Source: a virus
Taxonomy: Duplodnaviria > Heunggongvirae > Uroviricota > Caudoviricetes
Strand: one strand, 5' to 3'
IMG/VR virus record: IMGVR_UViG_3300034102_002177
Length of the DNA: 64,000 nucleotides
Position 1 is the first letter of the stretch; every line of letters begins with the position of its first letter. A model generated the notes under the pieces. It did not search any database. It saw only the letters and a program-made list of their open reading frames with translations, and was not told where the DNA came from. This document shows, in pieces, positions 18,793 through 28,289 of the stretch. A program made the translations under genes and the position numbers.

Positions 18793-20202
18793 ATGAAAAA
18801 TAACAAATATTATGATGTTTTATTGAAAAAAATCCTCAATGAAACTTTAGAAGATAAGGCAAATGAAGTAATGGAAAAATTAAAATTTAATAAACCAGGT
18901 TCTTCATTTGATTATGTTGAGGAAGGTGAAACTTGCGAATGTGGGTCACCTATGGTTGAAGGGCAATGTATGGAGTGTGGTTATATGAAAGACGGTGAAG
19001 TATTAGAAATTGGGTTAGATGATCTTGAAATGGACAAAAAATATAAATACAACCCGAAAAAGTTTAAGAGAGAAGAAAGTGGAAAAGAATTATCTTATAA
19101 AGGTAGGACTAATTACCCACAAGGAGGAACTCAACATAACATATTCCAAGATGATATGATGGGTATGTTAATACCTGATGAAGGTTTAGATGATTTTGAT
19201 GAAATTGATGAAATTGATATTGAGGAAATTACTGAAAGATTATTATCTAAAGGACAAAAATTTATCGCAAAACAAGCAAAACCTCACAATAAAATTGATG
19301 CGGAAGATTTTAAAATGTTAAGAAAGAAAAAAGAAACAAAAGAAAATCGTGGTGAATGTATGGAATGTGGTGACAAATGGTCAATGGAAGAGGAAGAAAC
19401 TTCGGAAGGTAATGCATTTACAGATAAATTAAGGAACACACCAAAAGGTGGTAAATTTAAACTTGGTAATAAAGAATATACTGATAATTCTTCATTAGAA
19501 GAGGGAGTATTATACAAATTACAATCAGGTAATGATTCTGAATTATTTACTGAAAGTGAAATTGTTGATATGATAGAACAAATTATTATGGAAGAAAAAG
19601 ATAATATTAAGAAAGGAAAAACACCGGCAGGTTTAGAAGCGTATGAAAAGGCTCACAAAGGATCGGGTAAAGAGAATAAAGAATACATGAAAGAATTCAC
19701 AAAGAAAATTACTGAATATCAGAAAGATGGGTCTAAAGAGAAATTTACAACAGATCCAAAACATTTCCCCAAAGGTAACGGTGAATTAGAAAAGATGAGT
19801 AAAAAGGCTTATGTTATGTCTGATGGTGGAAAAGAATTTTTAGATGATTATATGAGTCCTGGTATGGAGGATCTTGTACCTGAAGAAATCACATATGATG
19901 AAGATTGGGTAAAAGATAACATCAAAGGCTCGTCAAGAACTGGTAATAACCCTGAGTGGGCTAATGCGGAAGAAACCGATTTAGGTGAAAAATTAGTTAA
20001 AAAACAAAAGGCTAAAAAATTCCACAAAGCTAAAGAAACTGCTTATAGAAAATCTAAACAACCTATAAGTGATGGTACGGGTGAGAACTCAGGAAGCGGT
20101 GTTAATATTAAACTTGAAAGTGTTGATAAAAAAACAGAAAAATTAAACGAAGAGTTTAACAGAATGAAAAGTTTAATTGGGTATAACCAAAAGACCCAAT
20201 AA
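18793..20202 (+). CDS. K/E-rich protein with zinc-ribbon motifs
   Basis: CECGSP...CMECGY and CMECGD. Confidence 0.45.
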   Translation: MKNNKYYDVLLKKILNETLEDKANEVMEKLKFNKPGSSFDYVEEGETCECGSPMVEGQCMECGYMKDGEVLEIGLDDLEMDKKYKYNPKKFKREESGKELSYKGRTNYPQGGTQHNIFQDDMMGMLIPDEGLDDFDEIDEIDIEEITERLLSKGQKFIAKQAKPHNKIDAEDFKMLRKKKETKENRGECMECGDKWSMEEEETSEGNAFTDKLRNTPKGGKFKLGNKEYTDNSSLEEGVLYKLQSGNDSELFTESEIVDMIEQIIMEEKDNIKKGKTPAGLEAYEKAHKGSGKENKEYMKEFTKKITEYQKDGSKEKFTTDPKHFPKGNGELEKMSKKAYVMSDGGKEFLDDYMSPGMEDLVPEEITYDEDWVKDNIKGSSRTGNNPEWANAEETDLGEKLVKKQKAKKFHKAKETAYRKSKQPISDGTGENSGSGVNIKLESVDKKTEKLNEEFNRMKSLIGYNQKTQ

Positions 20203-20228
20203 TTTACATATACCATATCTTTATTATA

Positions 20229-20258
20229 ATTTCTCCATAGACATAAATCTATGGAGAA
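20229..20258 (+). promoter_or_regulatory. Perfect 10-bp inverted repeat TTCTCCATAG-N8-CTATGGAGAA overlapping the ATG of the 20251 gene
   Basis: Read directly. The start codon lies inside the right arm. Confidence 0.5.
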
Positions 20259-20718
20259 TTTTTTTAACTATATAACCCAACCGATGAAACCTGAGGATGT
20301 TGATATTTGGTTTAGGATTAATAATATAATTCCTGAAAAAATGGATTTATATTATGATTTCACCTTTTCGCTATATTATTTGATAGTTGAGACATATTTG
20401 GGTGATGACAACAACGGATCTGAAACAAAGATCAACATGACAGATGACGACAAGAAAAATCATTTTCAATGGTGTTGGAAAAAAACAATAGAAAATTTTA
20501 ATAAAGAAAGCCTCATTTTTAATGAGAAGGGTGATCATCTTGATTACTTCTTAGATTTTTTTATGGAGATATTTTATTTACAAAAAGAGGATAAGATAAA
20601 GAATTCTATACCTACTTTTTTTACGGATGTTTTTGATAGAAAAAAACCGTTTACAAAATCTGATTTAGATATGATATCTAGTATATATAAGTCGTTAGAT
20701 AAAAATATACTCTTATAG
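20251..20718 (+). CDS. Hypothetical protein
   Basis: 155-aa ORF. Confidence 0.45.
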   Translation: MENFFNYITQPMKPEDVDIWFRINNIIPEKMDLYYDFTFSLYYLIVETYLGDDNNGSETKINMTDDDKKNHFQWCWKKTIENFNKESLIFNEKGDHLDYFLDFFMEIFYLQKEDKIKNSIPTFFTDVFDRKKPFTKSDLDMISSIYKSLDKNILL

Positions 20719-20785
20719 TATTTACAAACGACATTTATTGATTTAGATTTGATTATATAAAAATAAACAATTATTATTTTAAACA

Positions 20786-20959
20786 ATGGAAACTTTAGAA
20801 AAAATTAAAACGTTGACAGAAGAATTAAATGTTGATGTAACTAAATTCTACGGTGGTAATAAAAGTGCTGGAACACGTGCTAGAAAAACATCACAAGAAT
20901 TGAAAGCGTTGTTACAAACACTTAGAGGTGAGATTTTGGAAACAAGAAAAAATGACTAA
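20786..20959 (+). CDS. Histone H1-like (Hc1/Bacteroidetes histone-like) small DNA-binding protein. Below the ORF-track length cutoff
   Basis: 57-aa ORF translating to ...KFYGGNKSAGTRARKTSQELKALLQTLRGEIL, matching the GNKAAGTRARKASLEL core of bacterial H1-like proteins. Confidence 0.5.
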   Translation: METLEKIKTLTEELNVDVTKFYGGNKSAGTRARKTSQELKALLQTLRGEILETRKND

Positions 20960-21140
20960 TATTAATACAATATATTTATTTGTTTTTGTTTTCTCGGCAA
21001 TCTTATTGGTGAGAACAACGTTCAAATTTATTATCTCCTTATTACAAACAAATCCTGAAAGAATGGTTTTAAGTAGTAAGGAGATTTTATTCAACGGTTT
21101 AGCATTAAGTTATATAATAACATATTTAATACAAGTATAA
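20952..21140 (+). CDS. Small hydrophobic membrane protein
   Basis: MTNINTIYLFVFVFSAILLV TM segment. Confidence 0.3.
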   Translation: MTNINTIYLFVFVFSAILLVRTTFKFIISLLQTNPERMVLSSKEILFNGLALSYIITYLIQV

Positions 21141-21578
21141 ATGAGCTTATTTAAGGAATTTACAATATTATTCCCATATTTACAATCGGTTAGGAAATTA
21201 AAGACATACTTATCGTTTGATATTGAATTTCCCGATACTTGGAAATTACCTAAAAAATATGTGAATGAAGAAAAAGTGGTTGAAAATGATAAATCAAAAC
21301 AAGGGTTTAGATTCTTTTCATTTGTTTCAGAATTTGATGAAAAATCAGTTGATGAGATTATATCAAACATTAAAAATATAATTGCATATAATAAGGAAAG
21401 AGAAGAAAAGGAAAAATTATTCCAAGTAAAGGTGGATGAACTTAAAAAGATGTTTGAAAAAGAAAAGTTAGATGATCTACAAGCATTAAAATTTGAAATC
21501 ATCGAAGAAAAAATTATGTTAGATGACACAGAAGAAACCATCAAGCCGGTTGGAGGGAATGCAACAATGGCTAAATAA
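21141..21578 (+). CDS. Hypothetical coiled-coil protein
   Basis: 145-aa ORF. Confidence 0.45.
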   Translation: MSLFKEFTILFPYLQSVRKLKTYLSFDIEFPDTWKLPKKYVNEEKVVENDKSKQGFRFFSFVSEFDEKSVDEIISNIKNIIAYNKEREEKEKLFQVKVDELKKMFEKEKLDDLQALKFEIIEEKIMLDDTEETIKPVGGNATMAK

Positions 21579-21695
21579 TGAAATTGAAAAAGACCAACTT
21601 GATTTGATAAACGAAAAAAATCGTTTCATTAATCAAATTAAAAAAATTAATAAAGAAGATATTATTCCCGTTAAAAAGAAAATAAAACTAACCAT

Positions 21696-22016
21696 ATGGC
21701 AGAAGATCAAAAAAGTATTGATGGGATAATTGAAAAGTTAGCAATGATAACAGACGCGACTCAAACACTATTTCCAAATGGTAAAAGTGCTATAGTCCTT
21801 GAGTTACCTTTTGATGACTTTAAAAAAGTGCAATCAAATTTTAGGCAAATAGATCAAGGTTTTAAACAATTTAAAATTGATCTATCCGGTGTTGAAGTTA
21901 TTTTTATTTTAGATGGGGAATTTAAAATTGTTGAACCACCAAAAGAAATTAAAAAACAAGGGTTTTTTTCTAAAGTACTATCTCTTATACGTGGTAAATC
22001 TACGGTAAAGAACTGA
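21696..22016 (+). CDS. Hypothetical protein
   Basis: 106-aa ORF. Confidence 0.4.
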   Translation: MAEDQKSIDGIIEKLAMITDATQTLFPNGKSAIVLELPFDDFKKVQSNFRQIDQGFKQFKIDLSGVEVIFILDGEFKIVEPPKEIKKQGFFSKVLSLIRGKSTVKN

Positions 22017-22613
22017 TTTAGAATAACCATTTTCTGACAAAAGATCGTACATATATTTCTTTTGTTCTTTTGAAGAATCTTTAACTAAAAGACAATCAAT
22101 CCTTCCCTCGTTTAACATATGGGAAGAAAGACAATCCATTAACCGATCACAATCATCCTCACTCTTAAGTGAAAAAAGAAATATCTTATCATCGTTTTGT
22201 ATAACAATTTTATTGTTAAGTTTAGATACTAATTTAACTCCAACTTTAGGTAAGTATTGTTTCAATAATGTAGGAACGGTTATCTTCTTTGATTTATTAA
22301 GATCATATATTAATTCTTCCTTATTATATTGATTAATAACCGTGATGTTAAAATCAGGATCATCAAGATCAATTTTAATTTGTCTACCAAATTGGTCTCT
22401 TACAAAATAAGGTCTGTGAGCAATTACTCGTTCCAGAAAACCAATTTCATATTCACACGGTTTACCATTCTCCGTTTTCATTCCAAATATAACCGATTGA
22501 CTTTCCTTAACTAAATTATCATAAAATTTTTTAGCCCTATCAAATGTCTTAAATTTCTTGATAATTTTCTTTTTTGTTTTATTTTTAAACAATACGATTA
22601 TATAGTTATCCAT
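21978..22613 (-). CDS. Hypothetical protein, divergent from dnaJ. Start taken at MDNY
   Basis: Minus-strand ORF. The N-terminal 33 codons of the track ORF are hydrophobic junk. Confidence 0.45.
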   Translation of the reverse strand: MDNYIIVLFKNKTKKKIIKKFKTFDRAKKFYDNLVKESQSVIFGMKTENGKPCEYEIGFLERVIAHRPYFVRDQFGRQIKIDLDDPDFNITVINQYNKEELIYDLNKSKKITVPTLLKQYLPKVGVKLVSKLNNKIVIQNDDKIFLFSLKSEDDCDRLMDCLSSHMLNEGRIDCLLVKDSSKEQKKYMYDLLSENGYSKSVLYRRFTTYKR

Positions 22614-22664
22614 TTTGATTATTATATATCTGTTAAATATAAGTGTAAATAAGTTAAAATAAAT

Positions 22665-23594
22665 ATGGAAGATTATTATAGTGTTTTGGGGGTTAATGAA
22701 AGTGCGACCCAAGAGGAGATTAAAAGAGAATATAGAAAGTTAGTAAAAGAGAACCATCCTGATAAAGGAGGGGATGAAGAGAAGTTTAAAAAAATCTCAA
22801 CGGCTTATGATACAATAGGTGACGAAACTAAACGTAGGCAGTACGATCAACAAAAAAACAATCCATTTGGTAACATGGGTGGATTTGGTGGAGCATCTAT
22901 GGAAGAAATGATGAACAGTATGTTTGGTGGTAATCGTAGACAACAAACTAGAGTTCACGATACTGTTATTGATGTTCATATTGGTGTGATAGAATCTTAT
23001 ATGGGTGGAAAGAAAACAATGACATATAATAGAAAGGATAAATGTAATCCTTGTAATGGAACAGGTGGTGAAAAGAAAGTATGTCACACTTGTGGAGGAC
23101 AAGGATATACAGTTAAACAAATGGGTTCAGGTATGTTCATTCAAATTGTACAGGTTGCTTGTGGAACTTGTAATGGTGTTGGAAAAATAACAACCGCCGC
23201 TTGTTATGCTTGCGGTGGACAAGGGGCTAAAAACACAATAAACACAATAGAAGTACAATTACCACATGGTATTGATGATGGTCAATTTTTAAGGTTACAA
23301 GGACTTGGTGATTACAGAAATGGGGGTTACGGTAATTTAGTTGTGAGAATAAGAACGATAAATGAGGGAAATTTTGAAAAGGATGGACCTAATTTAATAT
23401 ATAATGCATTTTTAAATATTGGAGATTTTCAAAAAGGGGATTTTGAGGTACCTCATCCCGATGGATCAATAAGTATTAAGTTTCCTAATAATATAGATAC
23501 CTCAATGCCGTTAAGAGTTAAGGGTAAAGGGTTCAAATATCAACCACAAGGTGATTTATTAATTAATCAATATTTAAAATATAATAGAGGTTAG
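22665..23594 (+). CDS. dnaJ: DnaJ (Hsp40) type-I co-chaperone
   Basis: J-domain with HPD (ENHPDKGG), G/F-rich linker, four CxxCxGxG zinc repeats. Confidence 0.85.
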   Translation: MEDYYSVLGVNESATQEEIKREYRKLVKENHPDKGGDEEKFKKISTAYDTIGDETKRRQYDQQKNNPFGNMGGFGGASMEEMMNSMFGGNRRQQTRVHDTVIDVHIGVIESYMGGKKTMTYNRKDKCNPCNGTGGEKKVCHTCGGQGYTVKQMGSGMFIQIVQVACGTCNGVGKITTAACYACGGQGAKNTINTIEVQLPHGIDDGQFLRLQGLGDYRNGGYGNLVVRIRTINEGNFEKDGPNLIYNAFLNIGDFQKGDFEVPHPDGSISIKFPNNIDTSMPLRVKGKGFKYQPQGDLLINQYLKYNRG

Positions 23595-23758
23595 AATAAG
23601 GATTTAATATCATAAATTAATGATACTAATCCGTAGATTGATAACATCAACATTAAACCTCCAGTTATAAAAACAAATTTTTGAGTTCTTCCTGTTGTTT
23701 GGTTACATTTTCTACATCCGGTTACTTGAGTTGCTTCAGTTTTCATTTCGTCTTCCAT
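23591..23758 (-). CDS. Small tail-anchored membrane protein with CxxC
   Basis: 55-aa ORF MEDEMKTEATQVTGCRKCNQ... with a C-terminal TM. Below the track cutoff. Confidence 0.25.
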   Translation of the reverse strand: MEDEMKTEATQVTGCRKCNQTTGRTQKFVFITGGLMLMLSIYGLVSLIYDIKSLF

Positions 23759-23833
23759 GATTTCTTTTTATTAATAATAAATATTATTGATTGACATATA
23801 AATATAAAATAACTATTTTTACACTAAAAAATT

Positions 23834-24673
23834 ATGCTATCATATATCGGAGGTAAAAGTAAAATTGGAAAGTGGATTGTCCCTTTCTATGATAAAAATA
23901 TGGAAACATATCTTGAAACATTTGGAGGTATGTTTTGGTGTTTTTATAACATGGATTTAAAACAATTTCCCAATTTAAATAAAGTTGTGTATAACGACTT
24001 TAACCCACTCAACCACAATTTATTTAAGTGTGTTCAAAACCCAACTGAATTATTAAGGTCAATCAACTCAATTGACTGTCAAAAATTTGGTAATGAGGTA
24101 ACACCTGAAATATATCGTGAACAATTTGTTTCTTTCCAAAGTGAGTTATTTAATGACGGATTCAAAATTGATGGAGTTGATTATGATGCTGCGGCTAAAT
24201 ATGTTTACGTGTTAACTCAGGTTTTTAGTGGGTCAAAACCAGAAACGTCAAAATTTATTGACTTAAAAGGAAAATATAAGTCAAAATACCTTACCTTTAG
24301 AGACAAGTTAATGAAACCTGATTGGGTAGATCATTTCTTAAAGATTACAGATGTTGAAAACATGGATTTTGCGGATGTAATCAATAAGTACGACTCACCA
24401 TCAACATACATTTACTTGGACCCGCCTTATTGGAAAACTGAGAACTACTACTCCAACCACGACTTTGATCGTGACGATCATGAGCGTTTAGCAAATGTGT
24501 TAGATGAGGTTAAAGGTAAGTTTTCATTGTCTTACTATGACTTTGACTTACTTCGTGAATGGTTCCCTGAGGATAAATATACTTGGGTTAGAAAAGAGTT
24601 TGCAAAAGCGGCGGCAGCTAAGAAAGGGGAGAAACAAAATATGGGTGAAGAGTTACTTATAATGAATTACTAA
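23834..24673 (+). CDS. Dam-like N6-adenine DNA methyltransferase (D12 class)
   Basis: N-terminal SYIGGKSK, catalytic motif IV YLDPPYW. Confidence 0.7.
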   Translation: MLSYIGGKSKIGKWIVPFYDKNMETYLETFGGMFWCFYNMDLKQFPNLNKVVYNDFNPLNHNLFKCVQNPTELLRSINSIDCQKFGNEVTPEIYREQFVSFQSELFNDGFKIDGVDYDAAAKYVYVLTQVFSGSKPETSKFIDLKGKYKSKYLTFRDKLMKPDWVDHFLKITDVENMDFADVINKYDSPSTYIYLDPPYWKTENYYSNHDFDRDDHERLANVLDEVKGKFSLSYYDFDLLREWFPEDKYTWVRKEFAKAAAAKKGEKQNMGEELLIMNY

Positions 24674-24714
24674 TTTTTTTTATTTCTTAGATATTTATAT
24701 TAAAAAAAGTCAAC

Positions 24715-26778
24715 ATGGAATTAGTAAGAATTTTATCAAAAGTTATTAAAGAAAACGTAAATATTAAAAAAATATTATTAGAATATCCCGAATCAACGGT
24801 TAAAAAACTATTGGATAAGTTTTCTGGAGAAACTGATGATACTGAGGATGAAATCAAGAAAACAATATCTGATTTTGAAAGATTTAAAGGTGGTTTTGCT
24901 ATAGATGAAAAAAATGAACTTAAACAACTTAACGACGAGTTAAAAACTTTAGAACCGTCTTCTCAAGAGTATATAGATTTACAAAATAGAATTCGTGATT
25001 TAAACAAAAGAGTACAAGATACCTTAGACATATTCAAGTACGACTATGAGAGTTTAAAAAATCTGACCGCAGATAAATCCACAAAACAAAAAACCAAAAA
25101 AGATCTTGAAAGTATAGCTCAAGAATTTGTTACCAAACATAAAGGTGCTGACTTACAATTAGTGAAAACAAATATTAAAAAATATTTTGAGTTAAAAACT
25201 TTGTTCCCTGAACAAAAATTATTCAAAAGAGAGATAACTGAATTAACACCATCTCAGTTGAGTGATTTAGTTGGTAAATTCTTTTCTAAATTTAATGAAA
25301 GAGGGGAAAATGAGTTAACAAAAAGGATGACGGAAAAGTTTTCTAAAGAAAATCCGGATGATGATCCACTTACCGTAATATTACCAAGGGTTAAAAGATT
25401 TGTACATCACTTTGAATTAATTCCATTAAACGCTAAATTAAGTGCGTTTATGACATTTGATGACTTTGAACATTTAGTTGATGGTTACACACCAATGGGT
25501 GAAGATGAATATAGTTTACCTGAAATTGATTTAGATGACGTTGATATTGCGTATGAAGATGATGACATATTAATTTTTGCTCCTGATGAAAAACAAAAAT
25601 GTATTAACATTAGAAAAAAACACGCTCCTGATAGAAAATGGTGTACATCTTGGGAAGGATCAAGTAATTACTACTACAATTATAGATTAAATCAAAACTT
25701 AACATTATATTATGTTATTAGTAAGAATTTACCTGAATCTGATGTGAACTATGCGGTTGTTGTTCTTGTTGATAGATGGGGAGGAATGAGATTGGCGGAT
25801 GGTACCAATTCAGGTAAATATGCTGGTGGACAAGAAATTGATTGGTCTGAAATTATTAGAAAGGTCCCTACATTACGAGATAAGAAAGAATATCTTGAAC
25901 CAAAACCATTTAGTAATGAGGATCAAGAAAAAATGCAGAGATACAAATCTTATAACTTAAAAACTGATGACCCAATACAAGAGTTAGGTAGTGTTGAAGA
26001 AGTTGAATTATGGATAGAATTAAGAGGTCCTGACTTTAGTCATATGAGTAATGGTGATGTAATATTTGGTAAATTACCTGAAGAATTACAAAGAAAATAT
26101 ATTGGTTTAGGAACTGAGTTAAGTGGTGGGATGGTTAAAGTCCTTAAAGGTGGGGCACTAGGTTATTATGTGTCAAAGAAAAAAGAGAAGTTACTTACAA
26201 AGACATTAAGTCAGTTAACTTCAAGTGATATTGAAACAATTAAGACCTTAGAAATGAGACCTTATTTAAGAGAGTTAAAAAGAAAATTCTCTAAGGAGTT
26301 AGTTTCTAAGGATATGGGATCATATGTTCAATTAGAATACCCTAAAGATGATGCGTCTAAATATGTTGCTCTATTTGGTTTTGAGGAATATTTTGATTCT
26401 ATTCCTGATAATGTTGAATTTATTAACATAGAGAATAAATCAAATGATGTGATTGCGGAGAAACTACCTGAATCAATAGGAAGATTTACTGAACTTAAAA
26501 CATTGGTAATTGATAATTATATTAAATCAATACCTGAAAGTATTGGAAATTGTAGACAATTGTCATTCTTAAATTTAACTAATAATAGTCAATTGGATAA
26601 ATTGCCGGGATCTATTTCTAAATTAACTTGTTTGGAGTTCTTCTCAATTATGGGATCAGATCCAAACATTAAAATACCTAAAAAATTAAAGGATTATATG
26701 ACACCGGATGAAGATTTTTTCTTACTACACTTCCCTGAAAATATGAAAAAACACTGTACCGGAATGGTAGGGTTCTAA
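24715..26778 (+). CDS. Member of the KWCT-core paralog family fused to C-terminal leucine-rich repeats
   Basis: Core DDDILIFAP...RKWCTSWEG...LTLYYVISKN aligns with the 41903, 47763 and 55853 proteins. C-terminal LPESIGRFTELKTLVIDNYIKSIPESIGNCRQLSFLNLTNN are LRRs. Confidence 0.6.
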   Translation: MELVRILSKVIKENVNIKKILLEYPESTVKKLLDKFSGETDDTEDEIKKTISDFERFKGGFAIDEKNELKQLNDELKTLEPSSQEYIDLQNRIRDLNKRVQDTLDIFKYDYESLKNLTADKSTKQKTKKDLESIAQEFVTKHKGADLQLVKTNIKKYFELKTLFPEQKLFKREITELTPSQLSDLVGKFFSKFNERGENELTKRMTEKFSKENPDDDPLTVILPRVKRFVHHFELIPLNAKLSAFMTFDDFEHLVDGYTPMGEDEYSLPEIDLDDVDIAYEDDDILIFAPDEKQKCINIRKKHAPDRKWCTSWEGSSNYYYNYRLNQNLTLYYVISKNLPESDVNYAVVVLVDRWGGMRLADGTNSGKYAGGQEIDWSEIIRKVPTLRDKKEYLEPKPFSNEDQEKMQRYKSYNLKTDDPIQELGSVEEVELWIELRGPDFSHMSNGDVIFGKLPEELQRKYIGLGTELSGGMVKVLKGGALGYYVSKKKEKLLTKTLSQLTSSDIETIKTLEMRPYLRELKRKFSKELVSKDMGSYVQLEYPKDDASKYVALFGFEEYFDSIPDNVEFINIENKSNDVIAEKLPESIGRFTELKTLVIDNYIKSIPESIGNCRQLSFLNLTNNSQLDKLPGSISKLTCLEFFSIMGSDPNIKIPKKLKDYMTPDEDFFLLHFPENMKKHCTGMVGF

Positions 26779-26788
26779 ATTATAAAAT

Positions 26789-27085
26789 ATGAAAAACATA
26801 GATGTTGAGGTTTACATAAGTCAAATGATCACTTTTTTTGAAAACAATCCTAGTGATTTTATGGATTTAGTTGGTACCGCACAAAAAGATGAGTTCTTTC
26901 AAAAAATGAAAGAAAAATCATTAGAAAATGTTGAAAAAGGTGAAGATTTTATTTTAACTAAACAACAAATTTTAGATATTGTATTAGAGTTAAAGGCACC
27001 TGAATTAACGGAAAAGTTAGGATCAATTGAAAAAATTGAACAACATATTATGAAAACAAAATTCGGAGATATATTTTTAAATTAA
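26789..27085 (+). CDS. Hypothetical protein
   Basis: 98-aa ORF. Confidence 0.4.
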   Translation: MKNIDVEVYISQMITFFENNPSDFMDLVGTAQKDEFFQKMKEKSLENVEKGEDFILTKQQILDIVLELKAPELTEKLGSIEKIEQHIMKTKFGDIFLN

Positions 27086-27126
27086 AAAAAAAGTAAAAAA
27101 GTTATTGTGGTTTTTAAAAAAAGCAT

Positions 27127-27134
27127 TATCTTTG
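27127..27134 (+). promoter_or_regulatory. Bacteroidetes-type -7 promoter box TAtcTTTG upstream of 27158
   Basis: Exact motif, 23 nt upstream of the ATG. Confidence 0.55.
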
Positions 27135-27157
27135 TGGTATAATTAAAATTTATACTT

Positions 27158-27913
27158 ATGATTTACACACCAGAATTAATTAAACAAGTGGCACCATCGG
27201 TGTTCGCAACAGAACCTTCAAGTAAATTAACTAACAAATATTCTTTTGTACCTACGGATCAGGTAATTGAATATTTTGTAAGAGAAGGTTGGGATGTTTC
27301 TTCGGCACATCAAACGGGTAGAGGTATCCATGCTTTACATGAAGTTAAATTCCGTAACAAACAATTACCGGCAGTTGGTGATACCTTAGTTGAGGCGATT
27401 GTTCGTAACTCACACAATGGTACTTCAGGGTTTTCTTTGGGGGCTGGTCTTTATCGTTTGGTTTGTAGTAATGGTCTTGTTGTCCCTACGTCTGTTTCTG
27501 AAAGATTTAATATTCGTCATAAGGCATTTACTTTAGATGAGGTTAAAGAATTGACTGAAAGTTTTAGTAAGAAATTACCTAAGATTGAACATTCTGTTGG
27601 TAGAATGATGGCAAGAACATTAACAATTGATGAGAAGATTGATTTTGTTGAAAAATCCTCTAAGTTTAGATGGTCAATGGGATCTGTACCTGCGGAGTTA
27701 AATATTGAAGAAATATTAACACCTTTAAGACACGAAGATTCTGGAGATGACCTTTGGTCAACATTCAATATGGTTCAGGAAAAATTTGTCCGAGGGGGTA
27801 TTGAGTATAAGACAAAAACAGGTCGTAGATCAAGTTTAAGAAGTTTGAAAAACATATCATCTTTGAATTATGTTAACACAAAACTTTGGGAAACTGCTGA
27901 ATCGATGTTGTAA
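27158..27913 (+). CDS. Hypothetical protein
   Basis: 251-aa ORF with its own promoter and terminator. Confidence 0.5.
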   Translation: MIYTPELIKQVAPSVFATEPSSKLTNKYSFVPTDQVIEYFVREGWDVSSAHQTGRGIHALHEVKFRNKQLPAVGDTLVEAIVRNSHNGTSGFSLGAGLYRLVCSNGLVVPTSVSERFNIRHKAFTLDEVKELTESFSKKLPKIEHSVGRMMARTLTIDEKIDFVEKSSKFRWSMGSVPAELNIEEILTPLRHEDSGDDLWSTFNMVQEKFVRGGIEYKTKTGRRSSLRSLKNISSLNYVNTKLWETAESML

Positions 27914-27918
27914 ATACT

Positions 27919-27944
27919 ATGGGGTCTACGGACCCCATTTTTTA
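27919..27944 (+). terminator. Intrinsic terminator ATGGGGTC-TACG-GACCCCAT followed by TTTTTT
   Basis: Perfect 8-bp stem with T-run, directly after the stop codon. Confidence 0.8.
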
Positions 27945-27948
27945 AATT

Positions 27949-28284
27949 ATGGAAGATAAATATTTTTTAAAGGAAAATGACTTTTTGGGGATCCTTAAGG
28001 ATAAACACCAAAAATTATATGGTATAATAAAAGTTAATAGTCATCTTATTTTAACTCCTGATTTATTAATCCAAAAAGAATTTGATATCGAATATCTTAA
28101 TGGGGATGAGTACAACGGGGAGATAAAATATAATGAAGGGATTTTTAGACATAGATCTGGTTTTTATATATATTTATCTAAGATTACGGCAACAGAATTA
28201 AATTTTAGTGTTAGAGTTTATTATGATGTTGATCAATTAGAAGAGGTAAAATTCTTCATAAAAAATTTGTTAAAATTAAAGTAA
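27949..28284 (+). CDS. Hypothetical protein
   Basis: 111-aa ORF. Confidence 0.4.
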   Translation: MEDKYFLKENDFLGILKDKHQKLYGIIKVNSHLILTPDLLIQKEFDIEYLNGDEYNGEIKYNEGIFRHRSGFYIYLSKITATELNFSVRVYYDVDQLEEVKFFIKNLLKLK

Positions 28285-28289
28285 AAAAA

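Noticed and set aside
27158-27913. Possible DUF932/phage-plasmid family assignment for the 251-aa protein
   Set aside because: Only a vague N-terminal resemblance from memory, without a motif I can point to. Left as hypothetical.
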